Shown here one piece after another: positions 49,005 to 62,694 of a DNA stretch of 64,000 bases (positions within the stretch are counted from its first letter, which is position 1; each line of letters opens with the position of its first letter). The notes below the pieces were generated by a model. The model was given only the letters and a program-made list of their open reading frames with translations. It was not told the origin of the DNA and ran no database searches. Position numbers and translations under genes: made by a program. Source of the stretch: Malacoraja senta (Eukaryota). Where the stretch lies: positions 248,001 to 312,000 of the forward strand of contig JAXLNO010000655.1 in the NCBI GenBank assembly GCA_038087875.1, in the 5' to 3' direction.

Positions 49005-49500
49005 ACGGACACAAAATGCTGGAGTAACTCAGCGGGTCAGGCAGCATCTCTAGAGAAAAGGAATAGGTGACGTTTCGGGTCGAGACCTTCATCAGACTGA
49101 GAGTTAGGGAGGGGGACACTGGAGGTATGGGAAGGTACAGAAGAAAGCAGAGCCTTCATCGTTGATTCTGGAAAGGAGGAGCCCACAATGATCCATTGTT
49201 GGCTGGGGACGTGATAACGGGGGAATACCAATGGTGAAATTAGCAAGAGGACTAGGGTGGGGGAGGGACGGAGAGAGAGGGAATCCAACGGCTACTTGAA
49301 GTTAGAGAAATTAATATTCACACTGTTGGGTTGCGAGGTTCCCAAGCTAAATATGAGGTGTTTTCCCTCCAGTTTGGTGTGTGGCCTCACTCTGACAGTG
49401 GAGGAGGCCCACGACAGAAAGGTCAGTATGGTAATGGGAAGGGGAGTTAAAATATTTGGTAACCGGTAGATCGCGTAGGCCAAGGTTGTCGGAGCGTAAG
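49005..49500 (-). mobile_element. Penelope-like element 3' end (GIY-YIG C-terminus plus UTR)
   Basis: Minus strand LPVTKYFNSPSH..DLSVVGLLHCQSEA..(frameshift)KLEGKHLIFSLGTSQPNSVNINFSNFK*; UTR with CTGATGAAGGTCTCGACCCGAAACGTC at 49069-49095. Confidence 0.8.
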
Positions 49501-50029
49501 TGCGTCGGTGTTGCTGGCTGGAGTTCGGTGATGGTGATGCTATGGATAGAGCATTGTTTTACAGCCTTTTATACAGGAGGACAAGCAAACTGGTACAAAT
49601 GAGTCCAGAGAGAGTCCACCACCTCCTTCAAAGGAAGGATTTTTTTAGGATACGCAGTCAATGCAGGCTAGCGATGATGCCATAATCCCCAAAGGAATAA
49701 ACTTTATTGGCTGAACCATAGAATTCTGACCTCTTGAAGCCTCTCAGCATTAACGATTTACAACTGATCCGACCTGAGCAAACAGCAAGATCGATTATGT
49801 TGTACATCAATGAACTACTTTGGTGTTTGGTTGCTTTTAATCCCATTTTGTACTCTCGGCCCTGAGATGATTGAGGGATGTGGTTCTGTTAATCACACAG
49901 TTGTAAACAGTGCTTCTTTAGTAGGCAAAAAGCTGCCTGTACGTAAGGTCATAAGGTCATAAGGAATAGGAGTAGAATTAGGTCATTTGGCCCAAATTGA
50001 CTACTCTGCCATTCAATCACTGCTGATGT

Positions 50030-50320
50030 ATCTCTTCCTCCTAACCCAATTCTCCTGCCTTCTCCCTGTAACCTCTGACATCTGTACTAATCAAGAATCT
50101 ATCTATCTCTGCCTTAAAGATATCCACTGACTTGGCCTCCACAGCCTTCTGCGGCAAAGAATTCCACAGATTCATCACCCTCTGACTAAATAAATGGCTC
50201 CTCATTTCCTTCCTAAAAGAACATCCTTTAATTCTGAGGCTATGACCTCTAGTCCTAGACTCTCCCACCAGTGGAAACATCCTCTCCACATCCACTCTAT
50301 CCAAGCCTTACACTATTCTG
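50030..50320 (-). mobile_element. CR1 3' fragment
   Basis: ORF 50041-50304 DRVDVERMFPLVGESRTRGHSLRIKG.. Confidence 0.85.
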
Positions 50321-50339
50321 TCACGTTATGTTCCATGCT

Positions 50340-50625
50340 TTTAGTTTAGTTTTAGTTTAGTTTACCGAGTCTGCACCGACCAGCGATCCCCGCACACTAA
50401 CACCATCCTACACACACTAGGGAGAATTTACAATTTTTACCAAAACCAATTAGTCGACAAACCTGTACGGCTTTGGAGTGTGGGAGGAAACTGGGGCACC
50501 CGGAGAAAACCCACGCAGGTCACGGGGAGAAGGTACAAACTCCGTACAGACAGCACCCGTAGCCAGGATCGAACCCGGGTCTCTGTCGCTATAAGGCAGC
50601 AGCTCTACCGCTGCACTACCGTGCT
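50340..50625 (-). mobile_element. V-SINE
   Basis: Reverse-complement SINE consensus. Confidence 0.85.
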
Positions 50626-50862
50626 GTTGGTTTCTATGGCATCCTGTAAGTTGTTTAAGCTGCGTAAGAACCTGACTGCCCAATTGATAAATATTAGTTT
50701 TTAAACTTTTGTCATCTTTTTTTGTAATATTAAAAACTCCAAACATTGGAAAATCTATTTTTTTAATTTTTAACTTTTAAAAACCAGCACATACCATCTC
50801 AAAAACCTGCACTGGCGGTACATATGTCTTCTGTCTTCTATGCCAATTAAGAAGTGTGTGAT

Positions 50863-51403
50863 GCTTGATAACGGCAAAAAAACTTATACTCAAATTCTGG
50901 AAAAATGCACCCACCCCAACGCTTAAAATGTGGATTTCAAGCATGTCTGAAATGGTACATCTCGAAGATATGAGATTCGTCCTAGCAGGTAAAGGAGACC
51001 AATTCTTAAAGATTTGGTCTCCTTTTATCGACTTATTACAAGTATATGGTGCAACATAACCCTGGAAATTAATTGTTTCAGAACTGGATGAGGGGTGTGG
51101 AAAGATATGAAGTAGGTATATCCCTCTGTTTTTTCCTTTTGTTTTTTTTTTCTTTTTTTTTTCTTCTCTTTTTTTTCTCTTTCTTTATATCTTTATGGGT
51201 TCTTTCTCTCTATTCTTTCACGAACTATCAACATCACCACTTAACTTTCTCTTTCCCTCTCTTTCTTGCTTCTGTTACTTCTCTATTATTAAATTTAAAA
51301 CAAGAAGCTGTACACGAAATGTATTATGTTATGTTATACACGGTTTTTACTACTGTACATTGCTTCTAATAAAAATATTTTAAAAAAAGAAGAAAAAAAA
51401 GAA
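50863..51403 (+). mobile_element. L1 3' fragment, second subfamily
   Basis: ITAKKLILKFWK.AP.PT..MWIS..LHLE-like ORF end; AATAAA and A-rich tail; 14-bp TSD AAGAAGTGTGTGAT at 50849-50862 and 51404-51417. Confidence 0.9.
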
Positions 51404-51540
51404 AAGAAGTGTGTGATAATATTCATCGCAGGTAATTCACTTCATACTGCAGAATCATTAACAATTGTAGGTAAGTATCTAAGCCAGGGTGGTTTTATTG
51501 TTAATAAACTAAACCTTGATACTAGATGACTTTGGACAAA

Positions 51541-54240
51541 TGTCAAGTCAAGTCAAGAGAGTTTATTGTCATGTGTCCCAGATAGGACGATGAAATTCTT
51601 GCTTGCTGCAGCACAACAGAGTATTGTAAACAAAAATACAGAACAGTTCAGTTCAATATACACATAAATAAGCAGCGAAAGTGCAATAGGCTGTTACAGT
51701 TCAGAGTCCGTTTGTTGGCGAGTTTAATAGCCTGATGGCTGTGGGGAAGGGGCTGTTCCTGAACTTGGATGTAACAGATTTCAGGCTCCTGTATCCTCTG
51801 CCCGATGGTAGCGGAGAGATGAGTGCGTGGCCAGGATGGGGTGGGTCCTTGATGATGTTAGCTGCCTTTTTGAGGCAGCGACTGCGATAGATCCCTTCGA
51901 TGGTGGGGAGGTCAGAGCCGATGATGGACTGGGCAGTGGTTACAACTTTCTGCTTCCTTTTCCGCTCCTGGACGCACAGGTTGCTGAACCAAGCCACGAT
52001 GCAACCAGTCAGCATGCTCTCTACTGTGCACCTGTAGAAGTTGGAGAGAGTCCTCTTTGACAAACCGACTCTCCGTAGTCTTCTCAGGAAGTAGAGGTGC
52101 TGATGTGCTTTCTTTAGATACATAGATACATAGAAAATAGGTGCAGGAGTAGGCCATTCGGCCCTTCGAGCCTGCACCGCCATTCAATATGATCATCCAA
52201 CTCAGTATCCCGTACCTGCCTTCCCTCCAAACCCCCTGATCCCTTTAGCCACAAGGGCCACATCTAACTCCCTCTTAAATATAGCCAATGAACTGGCCTC
52301 AACTACCCTCTGTGGCAGAGAGTTCCAGAGATTCACCAATCTCTGTGTGAAAAATGTTTTTCTCATCTCGGTCTTAAAGGATTTCCCCCTTATCCTTAAG
52401 CTGTGACCCCTTGTCCTGGACTTCCCCAACATCGGGAACAATCTTCCTGCATCTAGCCTGTCCAACCCCATAAGAATATTGTAAGTTTCTATAAGATCCC
52501 CTCTCAATCTCATAAATTCTAGCGAATATAAGCCGAGTCTATCCAGTCTTTCTTCATATGAAAGTCCTGACATCCCAGGAATCAGTCTGGTGAACCTTCT
52601 CTGCACTCCCTCTATGGCAATAATGTCTTTCCTCAGATTTGGAGACCAAAACTGTACGCAATACTCCAGGTGTGGTCTCACCAAGACCCTGTACAACTGC
52701 AGTAGAACCTCCCTGCTCCTATACTCAAATCCTTTTGCTATGAAAGCTAACATACCATTCGCTTTCTTCACTGCCTGCTACAGCTGCATGCCTACTTTCA
52801 ATGACTGGTGTACCATGACACCCAGGTCTCGCTGCATCTCCCCTTTTCCTAATCGGCCACCATTTAGATAATAGTCTGCTTTCCTGTTTTTGCCACCAAA
52901 GTGGATAACCTTACATTTATCCACATTATACTGCATCTGCCAAACATTTGCCCACTCACCCAGCCTATCCAAGTCACCTTGCAGTCTCCTAGCATCCTCC
53001 TCACAGCTAACACTGCCCCCCAGCTTAGTGTCATCCGCAAACTTGGAGATGTTGCCTTCAATTCCCTCATCCAGTTCATTAATATAAATTGTAAATAGCT
53101 GGGGTCCCAGCACTGAGCCTTGCGGTACCCCACTAGTCACTGCCTGCCATTGTGAAAAGGACCCGTTTACTCCTACTCTTTGCTTCCTGTTTGCCAGCCA
53201 GTTCTCTATCCACATCAATACTGGACCTCCAATACCGTGTGCTTTAAGTTTGTATACTAATCTCTTATGTGGGACCTTGTCGAAAGCCTTCTGAAAGTCC
53301 AGATACAACACATCCACTGGTTCTCCCCTATCCACTCTACTAGTTACATTGTCGAAAAATTCTATAAGATTCGTCAGACATGATTTACCTTTCGTAAATC
53401 CATGCTGACTTTGTCCAATGATTTCACCACTTTCCAAATGTGCTGCTATCCCATCTTTAATAACTGACTCTAGCAGTTTCCCCACTACCGATGTTAAACT
53501 AACTGGTCTGTAATTCCCCGTTTTCTCTCTCCCTCCCTTCTTAAAAAGTGGGGTTACGTTTGCTACCTTCCAATCCTCAGGAACTACTCCAGAATCTAAA
53601 GAGTTTTGAAAAATTATCACTAATGCATCCACTATTTCTGGAGCTACTTCCTTAAGTACTCTGGGATGCAGCCTATCTGGCCCTGGTGATTTATCGGCCT
53701 TTAATCCATTCAATTTACCCAACACCACTTCCCGACTAACCTGGATTTCACTCAGTTCCTCCATCTCCTTTGACCCGCGGCCCCCTGCTATTTCCGGCAG
53801 ATTATTTATGTCTTCCTTAGTGAAGACGGAACCAAAGTAGTTATTCAATTGGTCCGCCATATCCTTGTTCCCCATGATCAATTCACCTGTTTCTGACTGC
53901 AAGGGACCTACATTTGTTTTAACTAATCTCTTTCTCTTCACATATCTATAAAAACTTTTGCAGTCAGTTTTTATGTTCCCTGCCAGTTTTCTTTCATAAT
54001 CTATTTTCCCTTTCCTAATTAAGCCCTTTGTCCTCCTCTGCTGGTCTCTGAATTTCTCCCAGTCCTCTGGTATGCTGCTTTTTCTGGCTAATTTGTACGC
54101 ATCATCTTTTGCTTTGACACTATCCCTGATTTCCCTTGTTATCCACGGATGCACTACCTTCCCTGATTTATTCTTTTGCCAAACTGGGATGAACAATTTT
54201 TGTGATTGCATCATGTGCTGGGTCCAGGAAAGATCTAGTT
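51541..54240 (-). mobile_element. Rex1/Babar 3' fragment split by a CR1 (pieces 54201-54240 and 51541-52114)
   Basis: LDLSWTQH..DAIT (54240-54201) rejoins KKAHQHLYFLRRL..SGRGYRSL (52114-51701); (CTTGA)n tail. Confidence 0.85.
52115..54200 (-). mobile_element. CR1 LINE, 5'-truncated, nearly intact RT-containing ORF2 portion
   Basis: Continuous frame with one in-frame stop at 52778-52780; KSPGPD, YLDFQKAFDKV, PQGSVLGP and FADD motifs; (TATGTATC)n tail. Confidence 0.95.
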
Positions 54241-54244
54241 GGTA

Positions 54245-54600
54245 ATTACCTTTGCAATCCTTGCAGTCCCTCTCTCTCTGTCCCTCCCCCACCCTAGTCA
54301 TCCATCCAGTTTCGCTGCCATCCTGCTTAGTTGTTTGTATCCACTCGTTATCACCTTCTCCACTACCAACAATGGACCATTGTGGGCTCCAAATCACCTT
54401 GATCATTGTTGCTGCCTTTGATTTGTCCTTTTCACACCGTCCATTCATTTGTTCTTTCTACTTTTTCATACCTCTAGTTTCCCCCTCCCCAGACTCTCGG
54501 TCTGAAGAAGGGTCTCGACCTGAAACACCACCTATTCTTGATCGCAGGAGATGCTGCCTGACCCGCTGAGTTACTCCAGCATTTTGTGTCTATCTTCAGT
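54245..54600 (+). mobile_element. Penelope-like element 3' UTR with hammerhead-like core
   Basis: Homologous to the UTRs at 13607-13950 and 49005-49290; GGTCTGAAGAAGGGTCTCGACCTGAAAC near 54499-54528. Confidence 0.7.
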
Positions 54601-55674
54601 ATTAATATGAGGTATTTTTATTGTCACTTTGGAATCTTTGCCCAACACAGACACAGTTTTGTCTTTATCAGGTCAGGCACTTGCTCCATCTTGACAGTCG
54701 ATTCCCCTCAGAGGACTGAACGTTGCATAAATAGATAGATCAGTACTTGTATTGTTAGACAGACTTGGATTGTTTTCTCTGGAGCAGGGAAGACTGAGGG
54801 GAGACCGGATAGAAATTTATAAAATTATGAGAGGCATAGATAGACAGGTAGACAGGCACTACTGGGGGTAGTAGTTGAAGCAGCTACATTAGTGGAATTT
54901 AAAAGACCTTTGAATAAGCATATTCAGGGAATAGAAGGCTATGGATATTGCGCATGTTGATAAGTGATGGTTTTGGCATCATGTTCCACATAGACATTGT
55001 GGGCCGAAGGGCCTGTTCTTGTGCTGTACTGTTCTATGTTGTAGTACAGCACAGGGACAGGCCCACAATGTCAATGGTGAATATGTTGCCATGTTAAACT
55101 AATCTCCCCTGCCCACATGCGATCCATACCCCATCCATTCCCTCCATTCCCTGCATCCCCAAGCGGCTCTTAAATGCTGCGGTCATATCTGCCTCCACCA
55201 CCGTGTGTTCCAGGCACTCACCATCCTTTCTTTAAAATACTTGACCCACTCCTTTGTGCTGTCCCCCCTCTCACATTCATGCTATGCCCTCTGGTCTTTG
55301 ACATATCAACTCTGGGAAAAAGGTTCTGACTGTCTACCCTATCTATGCCTCTCATAAATATATATACTTCTATCAGGTCTCCCCTCAGACGTTGCAGAGA
55401 AAGCAACCCAAGTTAATCCTTGTAAATATAGAAACATAGAAACATAGAAACATAACATTGCCTAATTCAAGCAGCATTCTGGTAAACCAACTCCCTCAGT
55501 TCTGTCTGATCTAATGGCTCCACTGTGTGGTTGGACAATACCATTGCAGAAATCCGCAAAAATCCAAGTGCATTTTGGTTTCATTTCCACCTGTAAGCTG
55601 CATGCATTTAGAACTCTTCAATTGGTGAAACATCCCCACATGAACTAGCTATCATAAATATTCAAAACGAGAAT

Positions 55675-55972
55675 AGTTTTGTTTAGTTTAGAGATTCAGC
55701 TGCGGAAACAGGTCTCTCCGCCCACCGAGTCCACGCCAACCGGCGATGCCCGCACACTAACACTATCCCACACACACACTAGGGACAATTTACAATTTTA
55801 CTAAGCCAATTAGCCTACAAACCTGTACGTCTTTGGCGCGTGGGAGGAAACCGGAGATACCGGAGTAAACCCACGCAGGTCACGGGGAGAACGTACAAAC
55901 TCTGTACATACAAGCTCTGTACATACTCAGGATCGAACCCAGGATCGAACCCAGCAACTCTACCGTGCTGCC
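55675..55972 (-). mobile_element. V-SINE with small internal duplications
   Basis: SINE consensus; TACAA(A/G)CTCTGTACA and CAGGATCGAACC duplicated. Confidence 0.8.
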
Positions 55973-56244
55973 CCAATCATTCATCATCGTTGAAAACATT
56001 AGCGACGCAGTGGTGCTGGTTTCCAACGGGAACGGTGACGGACGCGCCACACATCTCTGTTCTCCAGTTCCTGCGGACTTCCGCCGCTGGAAGTATAGGA
56101 TTTTGGTGTGTGTGTGCTTTATCATCATTCCTTACAATGCCATGTACGACAGTGATCGCAACTTCTACTGAAGTGTGGATGGCCGTTGTCTCGCTAGATG
56201 CTCATCCGCCCTTTAACAGGTCTTGTTTTTGGTCCTGCTGGGGG

Positions 56245-56558
56245 TCCTTGGACAATACAGATCACCCTCTCCATGACACACTGGTCAACCTGAGGAGTAC
56301 TTTCAGCAACAGACTGGTTCCACCAAGATGCAGGACAGAACGCCACAGGAGATCCTTCTTCCCTGTGGCTATCAAACTGTACAACTTCTCCGCCTTCTCT
56401 TGACGGTGGACTGATTCCCCCCCCCCCTCCCCCGGCCCCCCTTCCCAATCTTTGCACATCACAAATGTTGATTTCATTTAATTTAATGTTTCATGTATCT
56501 TGTGTTTTATGACTGTTGGCAGATCAATTTCCCTCCTGGGATAAATGAAGTTCTATCG
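56245..56558 (+). mobile_element. Rex1/Babar-like 3' fragment
   Basis: LDNTDHPLHDTL..RSTFSNRLVPPRCRTERHRRSFFPVAIKLYN; UTR ends CCTCCTGGGATAAATGAAGTTCTATC. Confidence 0.7.
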
Positions 56559-57199
56559 AGACCCACAGAACTGAAGAGGAACCAAGACGCCCTCGATTCT
56601 GATCAAACTGTGATCAGTTTTGAAGATGTAAGAAATTTGTACGTTCTCCCCGTGACCTGCGTGGGTTTTCTCCGAGGGCTCCGGTTTCCTCCCACACTCC
56701 AAAGGCGTACAGGTTTGTCGGCTAATTGGCTTGGTATAATTGTAAATTGTCCCCAGTGCGTGTGGAACAGCGTTAGTGTGCGGGGATCGCTGATCGTTGC
56801 GGACCCGATGGGACGAAGGGCCTGTTATCGCGCTGTATCTCAAAACGTAACAACTAAACTTCGGATGTTGAATCTTGTCAAACACCACCACCTTGTGGTT
56901 AAACTGAATTATAACACGAGCCAATTCATTTCCTGCCCCCGGGGACACAAGCAACTGCAAAGTGCAAACAGATGATGTTTCTGGTTGGGACCTTCCTCAG
57001 GCTGATAGAACTGGGATGGAGAAAGCTGGAAAACAGAGGTGAGACGGGACAAAGCCAAGCACGTGATACTACCTCCAAACCCCCCCCCCCTACCCACTCT
57101 CTCTTTCCTGTTCCCCCTCCCTACCCTGGTGTGTACCCATTTCACCCACTATCTCCCACCCCTCTGTCCCTCTACTCCTCTGTACACCCAGACGTGTTC

Positions 57200-57507
57200 G
57201 GTGTTCATGAGCTCATGAAGGGTGGATTTGTTAAGTTATTTATTCTTTCTTCAGGGTTGTGGCGCCACCCGGTGGTTAGGCCATTTACTACGCGAACCCT
57301 CGGCAGTCGGGGCTAAGGTCAAGTGACTGGGTAATGGCGGGATGGGGGTCGTCACGAGGTTTAGGGGTGTGCCCTCATATAAGTATTGAGCCCCGGGTCA
57401 GCCTTCCCCCATTCGCGTGTGTGTTGTTCTCTTTACTTCAACAATAAAGATCTCTTTGATTCACCACGCGTGGCTTGCTTATCCGCCCGCCATAGGGTGT
57501 TAATGAG
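57200..57507 (+). mobile_element. Solo-LTR-like segment
   Basis: CpG-rich; TATAAG near 57378 and AATAAA near 57443; GGTGTT(C/A)ATGAG direct repeat at 57200-57211 and 57496-57507. Confidence 0.35.
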
Positions 57508-58103
57508 TTAGTTATTGCCACCCGTGCCGAGGCGCAGTGAAAAGCGTTTGTAGTCAGCAGAAAGACAAAACATGATTACAATCGAGCTGTTCGGGGTGCG
57601 GGCATTTATCGTTCACACTTGTTCACAAAATCGGACAATGCTGGAAACACTCAGCAGGTCAGGCAGCATCTGTGGAGAGAGAAACAGTTAATGTGTCAGA
57701 CCTGCAACATTTCATCAGCACACAGTTGCAGCAAAGGGTTGCAGACCCTAAAAGTTGACTGTTTCTCTTCTCCTTAGATGCTGCCTGACTTGCTGAGTAT
57801 GACCAGCCTTTTCTATTTTTGTTTCAGATTTCCAGCGTCTGCAGTTCTTTAAAAATGTTATTGCTCATCACTTATTGCCTTTAACTCTTCAGAGTCATAC
57901 ATGTCCACTTATCTCACACATAGATGGAAGCCATTGCGCCCATTGAGCCTATGCTGGCTCTCTGTGTAAACTCTTCAATCCCATTCCTCTATAGGGGCGC
58001 AGCGGTAGAGTTGCTGCCTTGTAGCGCCCGAGACCCGGGTTCGATCCTGACTACGGGTGCTTGTCTGTGCAGAGTTTGTACGTTGCCCCAATGTCTGTGT
58101 GGG

Positions 58104-58350
58104 CAGTGGCGGGCTGGCCAGGATGTCAGCTTGCCCGATGGCAAGTGGGTCCCTGATGAAGTGGGCCCCCTATATCAAGTGGGTCCCTGATGAAGTGGGC
58201 CCCCTATATCAAGTGGGCCCCTGATGAAGTGGGCCCCCTATATCAAGTGGGCCCCTGATGAAGTGGGCCCCCTCTATCAAGTGGGCCCCTGATGAAGTGG
58301 GCCCCCTTTGTCTCCTGGCAACCAATATTTTTAGACCCAGTCCGCCACTG
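58104..58350. mobile_element. hAT-type MITE containing a minisatellite, inserted in a V-SINE
   Basis: TIR CAGTGGCGG(G/A)CTGG; 8-bp TSD TGT(G/A)TGGG at 58096-58103 and 58351-58358. Confidence 0.85.
58144..58307. repeat. ~34-bp dimeric minisatellite, about 4.5 units
   Basis: AAGTGGG(T/C)CCCTGATG + AAGTGGGCCCCCTATATC units. Confidence 0.9.
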
Positions 58351-59382
58351 TGTATGGGTATTCCCTGGGTGCTCCGGTTTCCTGGACTTATGACCTCTGG
58401 AGTTTGGAAGAATGAGAGGTGATCTCATTGCAAGAGTAGATGCAGAGATGATGTTTCCCATTGCTGGGCGGGTTAGAACCAGGGGTCACAATCTCAAAAT
58501 CAAGGGTGGGCCATTCAAGACAGATTTGAGGACATGGCTTCAGCTGGAGGTTGATGAATCTTTGCAATTCCCTATTCCAGAGGGCTGCGAAGACTCAGAT
58601 ACTGAGTGTACTCAAGTGAAAGCTCAGTCAACCTTTGTATGTGCAGGGGACAGTGAAGAGATATGGTGCTGTGTTAAAAGATCAAGCGTGAACTTAAATT
58701 GAATGGGAATGCAGATCGGAGAGGGGTCGGATCTGTCACATTTTGATCCGTGATCCTCAATACTTATTGCGGATTGCCACAGCCCTAGTGTGAACGGGCG
58801 ATCGATGGTCAGCATGGACTCTGTGGGCCGAAGGGCCTGCTTCCGTGTAGAAACAAAGAACTGCAGATGCTGGTTAATACACAAAAGGGCACAAAGTGCT
58901 GGAGTAACTCAGCAGGTCAGTCTGGGTGTCTAGAGAATATGGATAGAAGACATTTTGTGTTAGGATGAGACCCTTTTTCAGGCCTGTTTCCTTGACGTAT
59001 TTTTCAATCAATTCAATCAAAAAAGAGAGTTGATCTGATGGGACTTTGATTCAGCTTCTCAATCACAGGCAGAGACTTCTTTTGGCAGGGAGATCAGACC
59101 TGTACATAATATTCCAGACACAGTCTCATCGGGTCCTGTTATGATTGCAATCCAGTGCTTTTGGCCTTGGACTCAAATCCTCCTGAAGTACAGGCCGACG
59201 TGTACAGGCCGACGTGGTGTTTGCTTTCCCAATAACCTGCCAGCTGGCAACTGGCTTAGCCAGAGCTCTTGCCTTGGCTGTCTGACGATTGTTTGGCTGT
59301 TTAGTGAGCGAGGATTCTTTGTGCTGCCCTGCCAAACTGGGATTTACACTCCCGAGGCCCGGTCACCGATGTGATGGCTGGG

Positions 59383-59676
59383 AAGGTGGTGCAGCGGTAG
59401 AGTTGCTGCCCTACAGCACCAGAGACCCGGGTTCGATCCTGACTGTCTGTCTGGAGTTTGTATGTTGCCCCTGTGACTGTGTGGGCTTTCTCCGGGTGCT
59501 CCGGCTTCCTCCCACACCCCAAAGACGTACAGGTTTGTAGGTTATTTGGCTTCAGCAAGTTGTAATATTGTCCCCAGTGCGTGTAGGTTAGTGTACGAGG
59601 TGATCGCTGGTCAGCACGGACTCGGTGGGCCGAGGGGCCTGTTTCTGCGCTGTATCTCTAAAGTCTAAAGTCTAAA
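59383..59676 (+). mobile_element. V-SINE
   Basis: Head, V-domain and (TAAAGTC)n tail. Confidence 0.85.
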
Positions 59677-59677
59677 A

Positions 59678-60579
59678 TGAAGATCTGGATGAAGGTGTGG
59701 AAAATTGGATTAGTAAGTATGCAGATGATACTAAGATAGGTGGTGTTGTGGATAATGAAGTAGATTTTCAAAGTCTACAGAGAGATTTAGGCCATTTGGA
59801 AGAGTGGGCTGAAAGATGGCAGATGGAGTTTAATGCTGACAAATGTGAGGTGCTACATCTCGGCAGGACAAATCAAAATAGGACGTACACGGTAAATGGT
59901 AGCGAATTGAGGAATGCAGTTGAACAGAGGGATCTAGGAATAACTGTGCATAGTTCCCTGAAGGTGGAATCTCATGTAGATAGGGTGGTAAAGAAAGCTT
60001 TTGGTGTGCTGGCCTTTATAAATCAGAGCATTGAATATAGAAGTTGGGATGTAATGTTAAAATTGTACAAGGCATTGGTGAGGCCAATTCTGGAGTATGG
60101 AGTACAATTTTGGTCGCCTAATTATAGGAAGGATGTCAACAAAATAGAGAGAGTACAGAGGAGATTTACTAGAATGTTGCCTGGGTTTCAGCAACTAAGT
60201 TACAGAGAAAGGTTGAACAAGTTAGGTCTTTATTCTTTGGAGCGCAGAAGGTTAAGAGGGGACTTGATAGAGGTCTTTAAAATTATGAGCGGGTTAGACA
60301 GAGTGGACGTGGATAAGCTTTTCCCATTGAGAGTAGGGAAGATTCAAACAAGGGGACATGACTTGAGAATTAAGGGACAGAAGTTTAGGGGGAACATTAG
60401 GGGGAACTTCTTTACTCAGAGAGTGGTAGCTGTGTGGAATGAGCTTCCAGTGGAAGTGGTGGAGGCAGGTTCGATGTTATCCTTTAAAAATAGATTGGAT
60501 GGGTATATGGACGGGAAAGGAATGGAGGGTTATGGTCTGAGTGCAGGTAGATGGGACTAGGGGGAAGTATTTTATTTTT

Positions 60580-60610
<31 letters not shown>

Positions 60611-60703
60611 TTTAAAATTTAAATGTTCGGCACGGACTTGAAGGGCCGAGATGGCCTGTTTCCGTGCTGTTATGGTTATATGGTTATATGGTTATATATG
60701 GTT
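59678..60703 (+). mobile_element. CR1 LINE 3' part, young distinct subfamily
   Basis: Uninterrupted ORF 59697-60560 SKYADDTKIGG..QFWSP..GRWD*; (GTTATATG)n tail. Confidence 0.95.
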
Positions 60704-62694
60704 AAAAGCCGTCCACGGTGTACAGAGAACGGAAAAAGGGTATAACGTTTAGTGCAAGATAGTATAGTCCATAAAGTCCGATTAATGATAGTCCGAAGGT
60801 CTCCATTAGGGTGGACAGGAGGTCATGAAGTGCAGATGGAGTTAATGGATGGAAAGGACATGAGTTATCGGGAAGGAATGGGCAGGCTAGGACATTATTC
60901 CTTGAGGCACAGGAGGCTGAGGGGTGGTCTTATAGAGATGTGTCAGGGGAATAGATCGGGTGAATGCACAGAATCTTTTTCCCAAGGTCGGGGAATCAAG
61001 GACTAGAGGGCACAGGTTTAAGGTGAGAGAGGAAAGATTTAATGGGAACCTAAGGGCCAAATGTTTCATGCAGAGGGAGGTGGGCATGTGGAATAAGCTG
61101 CCAGAGGAAGTAGTTGAGGTAGATCCATTAACAACATTTAAATGACATTTGGACAAGAAGCTGGATAGGAAAGGTTTAGAAGAATATGGGTCAAACACAC
61201 ATAAATGGGACCAGCTTCGGGGGCACATATGAGTTAGGCCGAAGGCCTGCACAGATGAGTTGGGTCGAATGGTCTGTTTCCAAGCCGCATGTCTCCATGA
61301 CTCCATCTTTGGGTGCCAGATGATGGGAAGGAGCAGATGCAGCGTCTCCTGTGGTCAAAAGCTTGCAACGTCCACCATGGGTTAAACTGACCCCAACATT
61401 CAAAACACTTACGCCCTGTATAGGGTGATGCAGCTGGTAGAGCCACTGCGTCACGGTGCCAGAGCCGCAGGTTCAATCCTGACCTCGGGAGCTCCCTGTG
61501 TGGAGTTTCGCACGTCCTCCTTGTGACTGCTTTGGTGTTCCCACTCAACTCAAGTATGTGCAAGTTGGTAAATTAATTGTCCCAGTGCGAAGGTGAGTGG
61601 TAGGTCATGTGGAGCGAGCTTCCAGAGGTACATAGAACATTGAACAGTACAGCCCAGGAACAATCCCTCGGCCTGAGGTTTCTGTGCCGACCAAGATGCC
61701 TTTTCAAACAAATCCCATGTGTCTATATATTGTCTGTGTTCCTCCTTTCCCTGCTTGTTCATGTGTCCATCTAAATGTTGCTGGCGTACCTGTCCCAACC
61801 ACAACCCTGGCAGCGCATTCCAGGCACCCACCATTCACTGTGTAAAAAAAACAGACCCGTAGAATTTTACAGCATGGAAACAGGCCCTTCGGCCCACCTT
61901 GCCCACACTGTCCCATCTCCACGCATCCCACCTGCCTGCATTTTGACCCATAGCCCTCTAAATCGGGTCCTATCCATGTACCTGTCCAAATGTTTCTTCA
62001 ACGTTGCGATAGTCCCTGCCTCAACTATCTCCTCCGGCAGCTCGTTCCATACGCCCACCACCCTTTGTTTGAAAAAAGTTGTTTGCTTCATGAGATTCTC
62101 CTTTTAACCCATGCCCTCTCGTATTTGACATTTCCACCCTTGGAATAAAAGTGTATTTCTACTCTAGTTATGCCTCTGATAAATTGTACACACTCTTCTG
62201 GGCCGCACCTCAGCATCAGACGCTCCAGAGAAACCAATCCGTATTTTCCCAACCTTTCATTGTAACTAATACCCTCCAATCCTGGCAACATCCTGGTGAA
62301 GCATCCTGCATCCTCTCCAAATCAACCACATCTCTCCTGTAATGGGGCCACCGGAACTGCACACAATATTTCAAATGAGCCCCAACCAAAGTTTTCTGCA
62401 ACATGACCTCTTGACTTATGAACTCGGCTCCCCACCAGATGAAGGCAAGTACTTATGAATGGCATAAGGTCAAGAGAATGGGAGCAGGAGTAGGCGTCTC
62501 AAACCTGCCCTGTCATTCAATACGATCACGGCTGATCTACGCTGGCCTCATTCCTTCTCTGGGCCAGTTCCCCATAACTATAAATTCCCCAACCTTGCAA
62601 CTATTTATCTACCTCATCCGAAATACATCTAATCCTCCGGCCTCCATCTCCCTCAGGAGTGGCACGGTGGTGCTGCGGTAGATTTGCTGTCTAC

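Noticed and set aside
52778..54448. 556-aa ORF with a novel N-terminus
   Set aside because: The N-terminus is antisense Penelope UTR plus a short Rex1 piece read into truncated CR1 ORF2.
58144..58307. CRISPR-like array or tandem hammerheads (CTGATGA present)
   Set aside because: No unique spacers, no cas genes, eukaryotic context, and no GAAA core after a stem.
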